The notes under the pieces are model-generated. The model saw nothing but the letters and a program-made list of their open reading frames with translations. It made no database searches and had not been told where the DNA came from. A stretch of DNA of 64,000 bases from Nitrospirota bacterium (GTDB taxonomy: Bacteria; Nitrospirota; Thermodesulfovibrionia; Thermodesulfovibrionales; JdFR-85), in NCBI GenBank assembly GCA_015492645.1, contig WGER01000029.1, positions 3,621 through 67,620 on the forward strand, written 5' to 3'. The position numbers and the translations under genes were made by a program. Positions 49,604 to 59,061 of the stretch are shown piece by piece. Every line of letters begins with the position of its first letter. The first letter of the stretch is position 1.

Positions 49604-50090
49604 TACTCCTTTCTATCGCCTCTATCACATCATCCACCTTCTTTGGAGTCAACTCACCAACCACCTCCTCATTTATGGTCACGACAGGGGCGAGCCCACA
49701 ACAGCCGACACATCCGACCGTCTCAAGTGTCATGGTGAGGTCAGGGGTGGTCTCACCCACATCTATCTTGAAGTGTTCCTGGAGCCTCTCGAGCACCTTT
49801 GGGGCCCCTCTCACATGACAGGCGGTCCCCATACAGACACGGACTATCTTCCTGCCCCTTGGTGTGAAGTGGAACTGATGGTAGAAACTGGCAACTGAGT
49901 ATATCTCTGCAAGGGGCAGTCCCAGTTTCCTTGACAGGTTCTGCAGGACCTCCGGTGGCAGATACCCATGCTCCTCCTGGATCCTGTGGAGGGTTGTTAT
50001 AAGAACACCCCTCTTCTTCTCATATTCAGACAGGATCTCACCCACCCTGCCAATCTCTCTTTCTACATCAAGACCCTCTACCACATCCAT
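49584..50090 (-). CDS. HydC/NuoE-like [2Fe-2S] subunit
   Basis: LHRIQEEHGYLP, VASFY, VCMGTACHVRG, GCVGCCGLAP. Confidence 0.93.
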   Translation of the reverse strand: MDVVEGLDVEREIGRVGEILSEYEKKRGVLITTLHRIQEEHGYLPPEVLQNLSRKLGLPLAEIYSVASFYHQFHFTPRGRKIVRVCMGTACHVRGAPKVLERLQEHFKIDVGETTPDLTMTLETVGCVGCCGLAPVVTINEEVVGELTPKKVDDVIEAIERSNGDGKA

Positions 50091-50102
50091 ATCTTACCTC
50101 CT

Positions 50103-52091
50103 CTACTTCAGACCCTCATGGGGTCTTGAGAGTTTCTCCAGTTTACGCCTGTCCTCCATACTCATCAGTTTGCGCTCCACACCGAACCTGCCCGGCTCGT
50201 ACTTCCTCAGTTTCAGGGCCTCGCGCTTCTTGTCTATATGTTCAAGGGCCTTCCTCAACATCACCTCTGGATCGGGTATAAATTCCAGTTTTCCACCAAC
50301 CCTCTGCTCCCATACCTCTGTCATTATCCTTTTCACCTCTGAACTCGCCTCCACCGGACTCTCCGAACCGAATATCACATACATGCCCGAGGCGACAAAG
50401 TATGTGCCTATCGCAAGGGCCTTCTCACTCATCCACTCAGGTGCAAGCCCTACTGCCGGCAGGTCTGAGATATCATCCCCGAGTCCACCTTCGTGTACCA
50501 TATGGGTCGCTATGGTGAGAATCCTTGAGTTGTCCACACATGCACCCAAGTGCAGAATGGGAGGACAGCCTATCGCCTCACAGACCTCCCTGAGCCCGGG
50601 ACCTGCCATCTCAAGGGCCACCTCGGGTCTCATGTAACCTGCCTTTGCACAGGCATGGGCACCGCAGCCTGTGGTCACCACAAGGACATCATTCTTGATG
50701 AACTCAATCGCAAGGTAATCATGATAACTGTCCTGCATTATCCTCGGGTTGTTACAACCAACTATGCCTGCCACACCTCTGATTCTTCCCGCCATTATCG
50801 CGTCATTAAGGGGTCTGAAGGAGGCCCTGAAACGGCCTCCCTGCATGTAGTCTATGTACTCATGAGAGAAGCCAGCAATAAGGGGGGATGTCTCATGAAC
50901 CCTGCTGCCTGAGGCGGTCCTGTTGGCATAGTTATCTATCGCGAGTCTCAGTATCTGCCTGGCGACCTCCTTTGCCCTCCGTTCATCATACTGGATATGC
51001 ACCGCATCCTTTATCTTCCCTTTGTAGGAGGTGGTTATCACCTTCGTATGGAACTTCTTTGAGGCCTCAACTATTGCGGGCATTATACACTGAACATCCA
51101 CCATCACTGCCTCTGCAAGTCCCGTCATGATCGCCAGTTCCTGGTTCAGAAAACCACCGGCAGTGGGGATACCATGCCTCATCAGGACCTCATTGGCAGT
51201 GCAGCACATACCGACCAGGTTTATCCCCTTCGCACCCTTCTGTCTTGCATACTCCAGTATCTCCGGCTCCTGGGATACCTCCACTATCATCTCAGCAAGA
51301 GTGGGCTCATGACCATGGACAACCACATTCACCTCGTCCTCTTTCATTATCCCGATGCTCGCCTGCGCCCTCACGGGTCTAGGTGTCCCGAAGAGGATGT
51401 CGGTGATATCGGTACTGAACATACATCCACCCCATCCATCGGCAAGGGAGACCTTGAGTGCTGCCATCATCAGGTTTTCAGGGTCCTGGTCCACACCCAT
51501 ATTCGTCCTGTGCAGGGCCTCTGCCACCTCCCTGTCTATTCCTCTCGGCACTATACCCCACTTTCTCCAGACCTCCTGACGCTTCTTCGGTGCCCTCTTC
51601 ACAAAGGCGATCTCACCCTTCTGCTGTCCGAACTGTTCAATGATCTTCAAAGCCACATCCTTTGCGACCTCCTCCTTCGTCCTACCCTCTGTGGGTATCT
51701 CCAGGATATCGGCCAGTTTCTTCAGTTTCTGGGTGTCCCTCACCTTGAAGTCAGGGGCCTCGCCGGTGGCCGCCTCAAGGAGTGTAAAGGCCATATCCCT
51801 TGCATGGTCACTGTGGGCAGCAGTACCCGCAGCCACCATCCTGAGGAAGTTCCTGGCAGACACAACGGGCAGTGTGGCCCCACATACACCCCTCGCTGTC
51901 TCCTCTGCATCAGGGCCAACAAGCCTGCATGGGCCCATAAAACAGATCTTACAGCATGCACCGCTGTGTCCGATAGGGCAGGGCTTCAGTTTCTCTGCCC
52001 TATCAAAGGCGGTCTCCAGTCCCTGGGCCTCAGCCCATTCTATAATCTCTTCTGCCACCTTATCTGCACTCTTTGGTGTCCTTGGTGCCAT
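50103..52091 (-). CDS. cooS: Anaerobic Ni-Fe carbon monoxide dehydrogenase catalytic subunit (CooS/AcsA)
   Basis: D/B cluster CPIGHSGACCKICFMGPC...VCG; C-cluster ligands HGHEP, MCCT, DVQC, GCNN, TGCG, ACVDNSR; SEKA. Confidence 0.96.
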   Translation of the reverse strand: MAPRTPKSADKVAEEIIEWAEAQGLETAFDRAEKLKPCPIGHSGACCKICFMGPCRLVGPDAEETARGVCGATLPVVSARNFLRMVAAGTAAHSDHARDMAFTLLEAATGEAPDFKVRDTQKLKKLADILEIPTEGRTKEEVAKDVALKIIEQFGQQKGEIAFVKRAPKKRQEVWRKWGIVPRGIDREVAEALHRTNMGVDQDPENLMMAALKVSLADGWGGCMFSTDITDILFGTPRPVRAQASIGIMKEDEVNVVVHGHEPTLAEMIVEVSQEPEILEYARQKGAKGINLVGMCCTANEVLMRHGIPTAGGFLNQELAIMTGLAEAVMVDVQCIMPAIVEASKKFHTKVITTSYKGKIKDAVHIQYDERRAKEVARQILRLAIDNYANRTASGSRVHETSPLIAGFSHEYIDYMQGGRFRASFRPLNDAIMAGRIRGVAGIVGCNNPRIMQDSYHDYLAIEFIKNDVLVVTTGCGAHACAKAGYMRPEVALEMAGPGLREVCEAIGCPPILHLGACVDNSRILTIATHMVHEGGLGDDISDLPAVGLAPEWMSEKALAIGTYFVASGMYVIFGSESPVEASSEVKRIMTEVWEQRVGGKLEFIPDPEVMLRKALEHIDKKREALKLRKYEPGRFGVERKLMSMEDRRKLEKLSRPHEGLK

Positions 52092-52134
52092 CTTATTTAC
52101 CTCCTTCGGTCATTATCTCAGGCACTGCCCGAGA

Positions 52135-54348
52135 CTATATAATCGGCTCCATCTCCAGGGCAGGATGTCCCACCTTCTGGAGCCATTCAAGCAGTTTCTC
52201 CGAATCCTCACATATCGTCTCATCGGCAATCTTGTCCAACAGATCAGGCACTCCTTCCTCAGCGGCCCTCTGCTGGAACTTCTCCTTCACCCTCTCCTTC
52301 AGGGCCTTGGTCATCCAGACTATCCTTTTAATACCACCGTCACCTGCAAGGAACTTCCTGCTCGTGATGAAGTTCACCCCTATCCCCATGAACCCGGGGG
52401 TCTGCACCCCTCCACCCACAGTGCCTGCCAGGGTGGAAAACTTCATCCCTATGGGGGTCATCCCTGTATGCCCCCTCTGTACAATCATCACCCCGTTTGC
52501 CTCAGGTATTATCGCCACAATACACTCAAAACAGCCGCAGGAGGTCATCGGGTTCTCCATTATTGTGTAGAGATTAAGGGTCTCAACCGCTCCTCCTGAT
52601 GCCTTCTTCAGGTATTCATCCACACCTGAGTATCTCCCATATCTCGGATCAATCAACTCACCCTTCGGTATGGGCTCATTCCCACCCGTTGGATCAATCT
52701 CGTAGGATGCCTTACAGTCGAGCCAGTTGTAGGCACCACAGAGACCAAGCCTTTCAGGGGTAATCACACACACATGGGTGGGAGCAAAACTCTGACACAG
52801 AAGGCAACTGTAAAAGGTGTCCACACTGTCATCTGTCAGGGCTGCAAGCCTCTCGTCCCTCGCCTTCCACTCCTTTCTCGCCTCCTCACGCCACTTTATC
52901 ACATCCTCCTCGTCGGTAAACAGTGTCACCTGGACCTTGTCCACAATCGCAGAGAACCTCTTGTGGGTCATCGCATGGTGTATCTTTCCAATATCCTCAA
53001 GGCTGAAGCCAGCCTGCTTTGCTGCGTGGCTTATACGTATCCAGTTTATATCCCTCTGGCCCATATGCCAGATACCCTGACCTTCGTTTATATTGTGGTG
53101 TAGCCTCCTTTCTATGATGGGCAGGAAGTCAGATTGTAGCCTCCTGCCGGCGACCTCCACCAGGATTCCCAGGGGCATCACTCCACCCTGCTCATACCGT
53201 TCCTTCCAGTTATTACCGACGATGTTTATCTTCCCGTCCTCTATCTCATCCATCTCTCTCATCCTCACCCACTCAAAGGCAGGTGAACGGGTTCCACCAA
53301 ATTCAATAAAGGTCTCCTCCTTCCTGATCCTCTCTCCCTCGAAGGCCGGTCCATAGGATATAGGGATCGGGGGTTTCTCCACGATCACCTTCAGTCCCCT
53401 CACCTCAATCGCCCTCTGGACGATCCTATCGTGGTCGAGTTCCTTGTCCACCTCTTCATAGGTGCACACACCTGTCGGATGGATTACAGGTACATCGGTG
53501 TCACAGATCGCAGGGAATCCCATGTTTATAGCCCCCGCTCCTGTGGCCCACTTTATGTCGTCCAGTTCACCCAGGACAAGGGCAAAGGCAAAGACACGGT
53601 CCTTCGTATACTTCAGGTTGGCCCTGTAATCACCAGGTTTATGTCCACCGAAAATGAGGGCCGCCCTGATCGCCCAGTCAAGGGCATAGAGGGTATGCTC
53701 GGTGGTGGTACCAAGAGGCACCACATACACATCCCAGCCCAGTTCAATCCCCTTACTCAGCAGTTGCCTGGTAACACTCGTCACCCTGCCCGTTTTGTCA
53801 GGGGCCTGCCCTGAGAGAAACACCAGTATGTTCTTCTCCTGCAGTTCCCTGACGATCTTTACTGCCGTGTCTTCATCAGGGGCGGCCCCGATGATTGCTG
53901 CAAACCCGGGCATCCTGCCGTCCACCAACTGGATACCCAGATTTCTCTGGATGGTATCAGTAATAAATCCGTTGTACTCGTAACCTGTTTCAGGGTCCCT
54001 GTCAGGCTCAAGCCCCTCAATGTACCTCAGGGCCAGGTATATCTCCTCACACCAGAGTGTGGCCATCCCTGAGTCTAGGGCCTCACCCAGATATGGCCTC
54101 CATAGATGCTCCTCAGGCTCCTCATGCAGCAGTTCTCTGGCCATCATGAGGGCCTCTTTCATATCCTTCAGTGTCTTCACCTCAAACCCGGTCATAGCAT
54201 AAATCATCGGCAGATAGAAGGCAGTATCGGGAAACTCGAACCGGTGGTCCTCACCTTTTTCTGCAATCACCTTCTGTAGGAGTTCCTCTGTCTGACGATA
54301 GACTTTATGGGCCCCCCTGATAGCAGCCGAGGCTATTATCTTCGACAT
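52135..54348 (-). CDS. acsB: Acetyl-CoA synthase catalytic subunit
   Basis: FPDTAFYLP, A-cluster CLLCQSFAPTHVC...GLCG, TSCGCFEC, GGGVQTPGF. Confidence 0.96.
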   Translation of the reverse strand: MSKIIASAAIRGAHKVYRQTEELLQKVIAEKGEDHRFEFPDTAFYLPMIYAMTGFEVKTLKDMKEALMMARELLHEEPEEHLWRPYLGEALDSGMATLWCEEIYLALRYIEGLEPDRDPETGYEYNGFITDTIQRNLGIQLVDGRMPGFAAIIGAAPDEDTAVKIVRELQEKNILVFLSGQAPDKTGRVTSVTRQLLSKGIELGWDVYVVPLGTTTEHTLYALDWAIRAALIFGGHKPGDYRANLKYTKDRVFAFALVLGELDDIKWATGAGAINMGFPAICDTDVPVIHPTGVCTYEEVDKELDHDRIVQRAIEVRGLKVIVEKPPIPISYGPAFEGERIRKEETFIEFGGTRSPAFEWVRMREMDEIEDGKINIVGNNWKERYEQGGVMPLGILVEVAGRRLQSDFLPIIERRLHHNINEGQGIWHMGQRDINWIRISHAAKQAGFSLEDIGKIHHAMTHKRFSAIVDKVQVTLFTDEEDVIKWREEARKEWKARDERLAALTDDSVDTFYSCLLCQSFAPTHVCVITPERLGLCGAYNWLDCKASYEIDPTGGNEPIPKGELIDPRYGRYSGVDEYLKKASGGAVETLNLYTIMENPMTSCGCFECIVAIIPEANGVMIVQRGHTGMTPIGMKFSTLAGTVGGGVQTPGFMGIGVNFITSRKFLAGDGGIKRIVWMTKALKERVKEKFQQRAAEEGVPDLLDKIADETICEDSEKLLEWLQKVGHPALEMEPII

Positions 54349-54387
54349 CCTGACCTCCTCGCTCCAGATTTTGTTTTCATCTCAACT

Positions 54388-54415
54388 TAAAAGAGCACCG
54401 GGTGGCCGATGCCCT
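54388..54415 (-). terminator. Intrinsic-terminator-like hairpin between acsC and acsB
   Basis: Minus strand AGGGCATCGG-CCAC-CCGGTGCTCT followed by TTT. Confidence 0.45.
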
Positions 54416-54473
54416 TAATAAAATTTTTAAACATTTAACTTTCTAAAGTCAATCTGTTTTTATCCAGACCCCT

Positions 54474-55820
54474 CTATGCTGCAACCTTCTGTCTGAGAAA
54501 GGAAGGCAACCCGTTCGCCTCCCTCGGGCCAACAGTCACTGTCCAGCCCTCCAGTTTCTCCTCAATCGCACCCTTCAGTATTGCAACATACCCGGGTATT
54601 ATCAGTTCCCTGTGTTTTATCTGGCTCTCTATCCCGCTTTCTTTGATGAAGTTGGCGATCTTTGCACCAGTAAATTTCCCTGCAGCCCAGGCGGTCAGCA
54701 CGCTCAGTCCCTCACAGTCCATAACAGCAAGCCAGGCCGGGACCTTGGAATTCTCAACCTCTCCAGAAACTATGAAGTAAGTGAGAGAGAAGTTTGTCGT
54801 GATGAGAAGCGGTGAATTCTCATCTGGCTCCCCGATCTTGTATATCTTCTGCTCCACCTGCATCGGCACCTGTGGATCAGTATAGATATTCTGTCTCAGG
54901 GTAAACAGGGCAAGGTTCTTCCACTTCTCTGCAGAGGACATCACCACCACAGAGGCGTACTTACATATCCCGAGGCCTGCAAGGAGTGTCTCATACAGTG
55001 GGTCTTCCCTCTGCACAAAGTTTATCACAGGATAACCGAGTGGCTTGAAGTTCTTCTTTATGGCTGCCCTCCTGATGAGGGTATTATGTTCCAGTATCTC
55101 AGGTGCCTTTCTCGCCCCTGAGTCTACCACAATATCCTCAACCCCTAAGGATTTCACCTTCTCTGTTAGTGCACTGAGGGCCTCCAGGTCGTCTGCCCTC
55201 ACACCCACAGAGGCCTTCGCCTCCTTCGCGATCGGGACCATCTGCTCAGCATTCGCCTCTGTTACCCCATATAGCAGTGCCCCCTTGCCTGAGAATAACC
55301 CCATGACCGTCTTTGCTGCATCTGGGCTCTCAGTAGATACAATCACAGGCACCTCCGGTGCCTTCTCAGCCACTGTCTTTGCAAGTGTCTCAAACCTTTC
55401 CACCTCACCAGAGGCGTTGGTGATACAGATCGCATCCACCCTCAGCAACTGCCCAACTCTGTTTATCTCAGAGGTGAGCACCGCCTGGACCTTTTCCATC
55501 TGTACAGCCTCATCCTCTGTATCCTTTATCTCAAGGGCCAGAACGGTCGGGTTTACGAATTTCTTTTCATGCCTGAACAGGACCGTCTCTTCTCCCATCT
55601 TCACGGCCTTATCCCCCGTACCCAGTGTGATAGGCCTCACTGGAGGGGCAGCAGCCTCACCCAGGATCCTCTTTGCCTCTTCTGAGACATCTGGACACTT
55701 GTCCAGTGATGTCTGACGCTGGGCGAGTTTCATTGCGAAGGCAAGGCAGGTAGGGAACCCGCATTTTTTACAGTTAGTCTTTGGAAGGAGTTTAAATATC
55801 TCAACACCTGTTAACGCCAT
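54474..55820 (-). CDS. acsC: Corrinoid Fe-S protein large subunit
   Basis: LPKTNCKKCGFPTCLAFA...CP, ETVLFRHEK, LRQNIYTDPQ, TTNFSLTY, SVLTAWAAGKF, GPREA. Confidence 0.96.
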   Translation of the reverse strand: MALTGVEIFKLLPKTNCKKCGFPTCLAFAMKLAQRQTSLDKCPDVSEEAKRILGEAAAPPVRPITLGTGDKAVKMGEETVLFRHEKKFVNPTVLALEIKDTEDEAVQMEKVQAVLTSEINRVGQLLRVDAICITNASGEVERFETLAKTVAEKAPEVPVIVSTESPDAAKTVMGLFSGKGALLYGVTEANAEQMVPIAKEAKASVGVRADDLEALSALTEKVKSLGVEDIVVDSGARKAPEILEHNTLIRRAAIKKNFKPLGYPVINFVQREDPLYETLLAGLGICKYASVVVMSSAEKWKNLALFTLRQNIYTDPQVPMQVEQKIYKIGEPDENSPLLITTNFSLTYFIVSGEVENSKVPAWLAVMDCEGLSVLTAWAAGKFTGAKIANFIKESGIESQIKHRELIIPGYVAILKGAIEEKLEGWTVTVGPREANGLPSFLRQKVAA

Positions 55821-55841
55821 CTCAAACCTCCAGGTCTTAGT

Positions 55842-56783
55842 TTAAGCGAACATCTCATCAATAAAGGTATTTACAAGGCTCACCGCATCGGGATGTCTCA
55901 TTATCAGCAGTTCTGCACCGGCGAGCATCAGTGTGGTTGCAGTAAGCGCCTCCCAGAGTATTCCCCTCTCCCTGAGACTGCCCCATTCTGGCAGATCCTG
56001 TTCTGAGGCCTGAGTTTCCTTTATCTTCCAGACATACATACCCACATCAGCCACCATTGGAGGCTGCATCACGGGATCTGCCTGTGCCAGTGCTGCAAGC
56101 CTGATCCTCTCCATCACCGAGTATGTATACTCAATCCCGTAACCAAGGGCAGAGCACATGGGGTCTGTAATCAGTCTCTCCTTCTCAAAGCCCATCTGGG
56201 TGATCAGGATATTCAACTGCTTGGAGAGGTTTATATCAAGTTCACTCATGGCGATCAGTTTGTGACCCGAGGCCATGGCTGCGGCTGCGATTGTCTTGTA
56301 ATTCGCCTCCTGTGCCTTACCTATCACACAATTACGGCCCTTTGATGCCTCTGCCACCTTTGGAAGGACCTCGGCATCTTTCTCAATATGGTTACTGCCA
56401 AGAATGATCAGTGGCACCTTTACGGCATTGAGGACATCCGTTACTACCTTCACTGCATCCTCTGCTGAGAGGTTCTTCTGATCAGGATGGGTACCGATGA
56501 GCCTCAGTGTGATGGACTTTGCCCCGAGGCTCTCCTGACAGAACTGGGCCCACTTTACAGGGTCATCGGAGACATCACTGTACGGCTCCCTCACCACCTC
56601 AGGCCAGTCCTGAGGGGGTACATCCTGTATCTCATAAGATATGAGGGGCCTGTGAGGTATCTCTCCTTCAAACCTGTGGAAGGGTAGGGTGTTTTCGCCT
56701 CCAAAGGTCTCCTGGACCTCCGTACCAATGGTTACTGGATAGACCCTTCCTCTAAAACTCTCTTTTGGCGGCGTAAAGGCCAT
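55842..56783 (-). CDS. acsD: Corrinoid Fe-S protein small subunit
   Basis: GGENTLPF, DPVKWA, DINLSKQLN, ALGYGIEY, MERIRLAAL, IMRHP. Confidence 0.94.
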   Translation of the reverse strand: MAFTPPKESFRGRVYPVTIGTEVQETFGGENTLPFHRFEGEIPHRPLISYEIQDVPPQDWPEVVREPYSDVSDDPVKWAQFCQESLGAKSITLRLIGTHPDQKNLSAEDAVKVVTDVLNAVKVPLIILGSNHIEKDAEVLPKVAEASKGRNCVIGKAQEANYKTIAAAAMASGHKLIAMSELDINLSKQLNILITQMGFEKERLITDPMCSALGYGIEYTYSVMERIRLAALAQADPVMQPPMVADVGMYVWKIKETQASEQDLPEWGSLRERGILWEALTATTLMLAGAELLIMRHPDAVSLVNTFIDEMFA

Positions 56784-56794
56784 CTCAACCTCCC

Positions 56795-57652
56795 TTACAT
56801 CTCAAGATAGGAATGGGCATAAAGGGTATTACCAAGTATAACATCAATCGTCTTCTTCATTACGGTCATCTTCTCTTTGTCCTCTATCTCCTCTCCATTG
56901 AGGACCTTATCAAAAAGGGGCTTTTCCTCCATCGCCTCCTTTATCTCTGCGGGGTCTGCAATGGCAGCATCGAGTCCGGCATTTAACAACATGAGGAAAT
57001 AGTACTTATTGAGTATCGGTCTTACATGTTTTGGGCAGCCATTTGAGACATTGCTGAGGCCCACCACGGTCTTCATCGGAGGGTCATTCAATTGCTTGAA
57101 GACCTCTATCGCCTTAATCACCTTAAGGGCCTGGTCCTGCGTCGTTGCTATCTGGAGCACCAAGGGATCAAGATAGACATTCTCCAGAGGAACACCGTAT
57201 TCCATAGCCCTTGCCATTATCTCTGCTGCAATGGCCGCCCTGTCATGCTCATCAGCAGGGAGCCCACCCTTACCAACAGTAAGGGCTATAATATCACAGT
57301 TGTACTTGGCTGCAAGTTCCAGCATCGGAAACCTCTCAGGATCGTTGGAGGTGGAGTTTATCATGGGTCTGCCATAGTCATTGTTATGGACCTTCAGTCC
57401 GGCCTCCACAGCATTATAATTTGTGGTATCAAGACATACTGGCAGTGGAACCGCCTCCTGTATTGTGGTCACCATCCACTGCATCAACTCCTCTCCACCA
57501 TCCTCTGCAGGTCCGATATTTGCATCAATCATGCCAGCACCGTTTTCGTACTGAATCCTGGCAATCTCCTGAATTGGCGCCTTGTCCCTCTTCATCATTG
57601 CCTCTCTGACCCTCTTTGCGATAATACTCAACTTCTCACCTATTATCAGCAT
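56795..57652 (-). CDS. acsE: Methyl-THF:corrinoid protein methyltransferase (pterin-binding TIM barrel)
   Basis: IIGEKL, IDAN.G, CLDTTN, INS, LDPLVL, GLSNVSNG, GLDAAIAD; first gene of the acs cluster. Confidence 0.9.
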   Translation of the reverse strand: MLIIGEKLSIIAKRVREAMMKRDKAPIQEIARIQYENGAGMIDANIGPAEDGGEELMQWMVTTIQEAVPLPVCLDTTNYNAVEAGLKVHNNDYGRPMINSTSNDPERFPMLELAAKYNCDIIALTVGKGGLPADEHDRAAIAAEIMARAMEYGVPLENVYLDPLVLQIATTQDQALKVIKAIEVFKQLNDPPMKTVVGLSNVSNGCPKHVRPILNKYYFLMLLNAGLDAAIADPAEIKEAMEEKPLFDKVLNGEEIEDKEKMTVMKKTIDVILGNTLYAHSYLEM

Positions 57653-57957
57653 ATCCCTTCTCCTTAATAAAGATAGTCTCTAAAGATAGGTCAAAAAGAA
57701 TAACATAAAAAAACTCAAATAGTAAAGAGGGATTTTTATTTATTTTTATTATGATAGGATTAATGAGGATGCCCCTGTCGGTGATCCATTCAGGTGTTCA
57801 TGATAATGCCTGTCCAGGCTTCTGCACATGTCTGAAGAAGTGGACAGGGAGTTCCAGGGGGTTACTTTGCCTGTTTTGCCCGAAAGTCTATCGGCAAACG
57901 GGATTGATCGATCTTGTTTTAATTTAATCAGTCACCACTGTCCTGATATAATAAATA

Positions 57958-59061
57958 ATGGCCCTTCAGAAGGTACAGGAAAAGGTCCTTTCGGGTAAGA
58001 GGCTTACTGAAGAGGAGGCCCTCTTACTCTACGATAGTGATGAGATTCATCAGATAGGCATCCTGGCTGACCATATGAAGGGCAGAATCAGTGGTGAGTA
58101 TGTCTATTTTATACTCAACAGACATATAAATCCTACCAACATCTGTGTTAATAGATGCGGATTCTGTGCCTTCAGCAGGTCCCCTGGTGAGGAGGGAGCC
58201 TACGAACTCACCACAGAGCAGATACTTCAGAAGATACAGGAGGCAAGGGAACCAATAAGGGAGGTACATATTGTGGGAGGCCTTCATCCCTTCTGGACGC
58301 TTGAACACTATACCGGGATGTTATCGACGATAAAGGAACACTTTCCCCATATCCGGATAAAGGCCTTCACCGCTGTAGAGGTTGACCATATCTCGAGGGT
58401 TAGCGGGCTTGAAGTGGGGGATGTCCTGAGGGCCTTAAAGGATGCAGGGTTAGACCTGATGCCAGGAGGTGGCGCAGAGATAATTGATCCTGAAGTGAGA
58501 AGGGCCCTCTGTCCTGAGAAGATATCTGGTCAGCGGTGGCTCCAGATTCACAGGACCGCCCATCGACTGGGGATAAAGACCAATGCCACAATGCTTTACG
58601 GGCACATAGAATCTCACATTCACAGGATAAGACACCTTGCTGCGCTCAGGAGACTACAGGATGAGACTGGTGGCTTTCAGGCATTCATCCCGCTCAGATA
58701 CCACCCCACCAAAGATGGCTCGAGGTCCTACCCCGGGATCGAGGACCTCAAGACAATAGCAATAAGCAGGCTCTTCCTTGACAACTTCCCTCATATAAAG
58801 GCCTACTGGGTGATGCTCGGTGAGAAACTCTCACAGGTCGCCCTCCTTTTTGGGGCCGATGACCTTGAGGGCACAGTGATAGAGGAGAGGATAACACATT
58901 CTACAGGCTCTCAAGGACCGGAATATCTCAGCCGTGAAGACCTTCTCTATCTGATCCAGAAGGCAGGGAAGGTCCCTGTAGAAAGGGACAGTTTCTATAA
59001 TCCCATAAGGGTGTATCATGAAGAGGTTGGACAAACAAGAGGCGTTGGAACTGTTCACTGA
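57958..59061 (+). CDS. mqnE: Aminofutalosine synthase (radical SAM)
   Basis: NRHINPTNICVNRCGFCAF, EVHIVGG, KAFTAVE, MPGGGAE, NATMLYGHIE, HIKAYWVM. Confidence 0.85.
   Translation: MALQKVQEKVLSGKRLTEEEALLLYDSDEIHQIGILADHMKGRISGEYVYFILNRHINPTNICVNRCGFCAFSRSPGEEGAYELTTEQILQKIQEAREPIREVHIVGGLHPFWTLEHYTGMLSTIKEHFPHIRIKAFTAVEVDHISRVSGLEVGDVLRALKDAGLDLMPGGGAEIIDPEVRRALCPEKISGQRWLQIHRTAHRLGIKTNATMLYGHIESHIHRIRHLAALRRLQDETGGFQAFIPLRYHPTKDGSRSYPGIEDLKTIAISRLFLDNFPHIKAYWVMLGEKLSQVALLFGADDLEGTVIEERITHSTGSQGPEYLSREDLLYLIQKAGKVPVERDSFYNPIRVYHEEVGQTRGVGTVH

Noticed and set aside
47708-50090. Respiratory complex I nuoEF
   Set aside because: No membrane-arm or nuoBCDI genes nearby, and the extra Fe-S domains match soluble HydB-type proteins
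51174-52599. Long + strand ORFs of 322 aa and 319 aa
   Set aside because: Antisense shadows of cooS and acsB with no recognisable motifs; the same applies to the many 60-220 aa antisense or nested ORFs in the track
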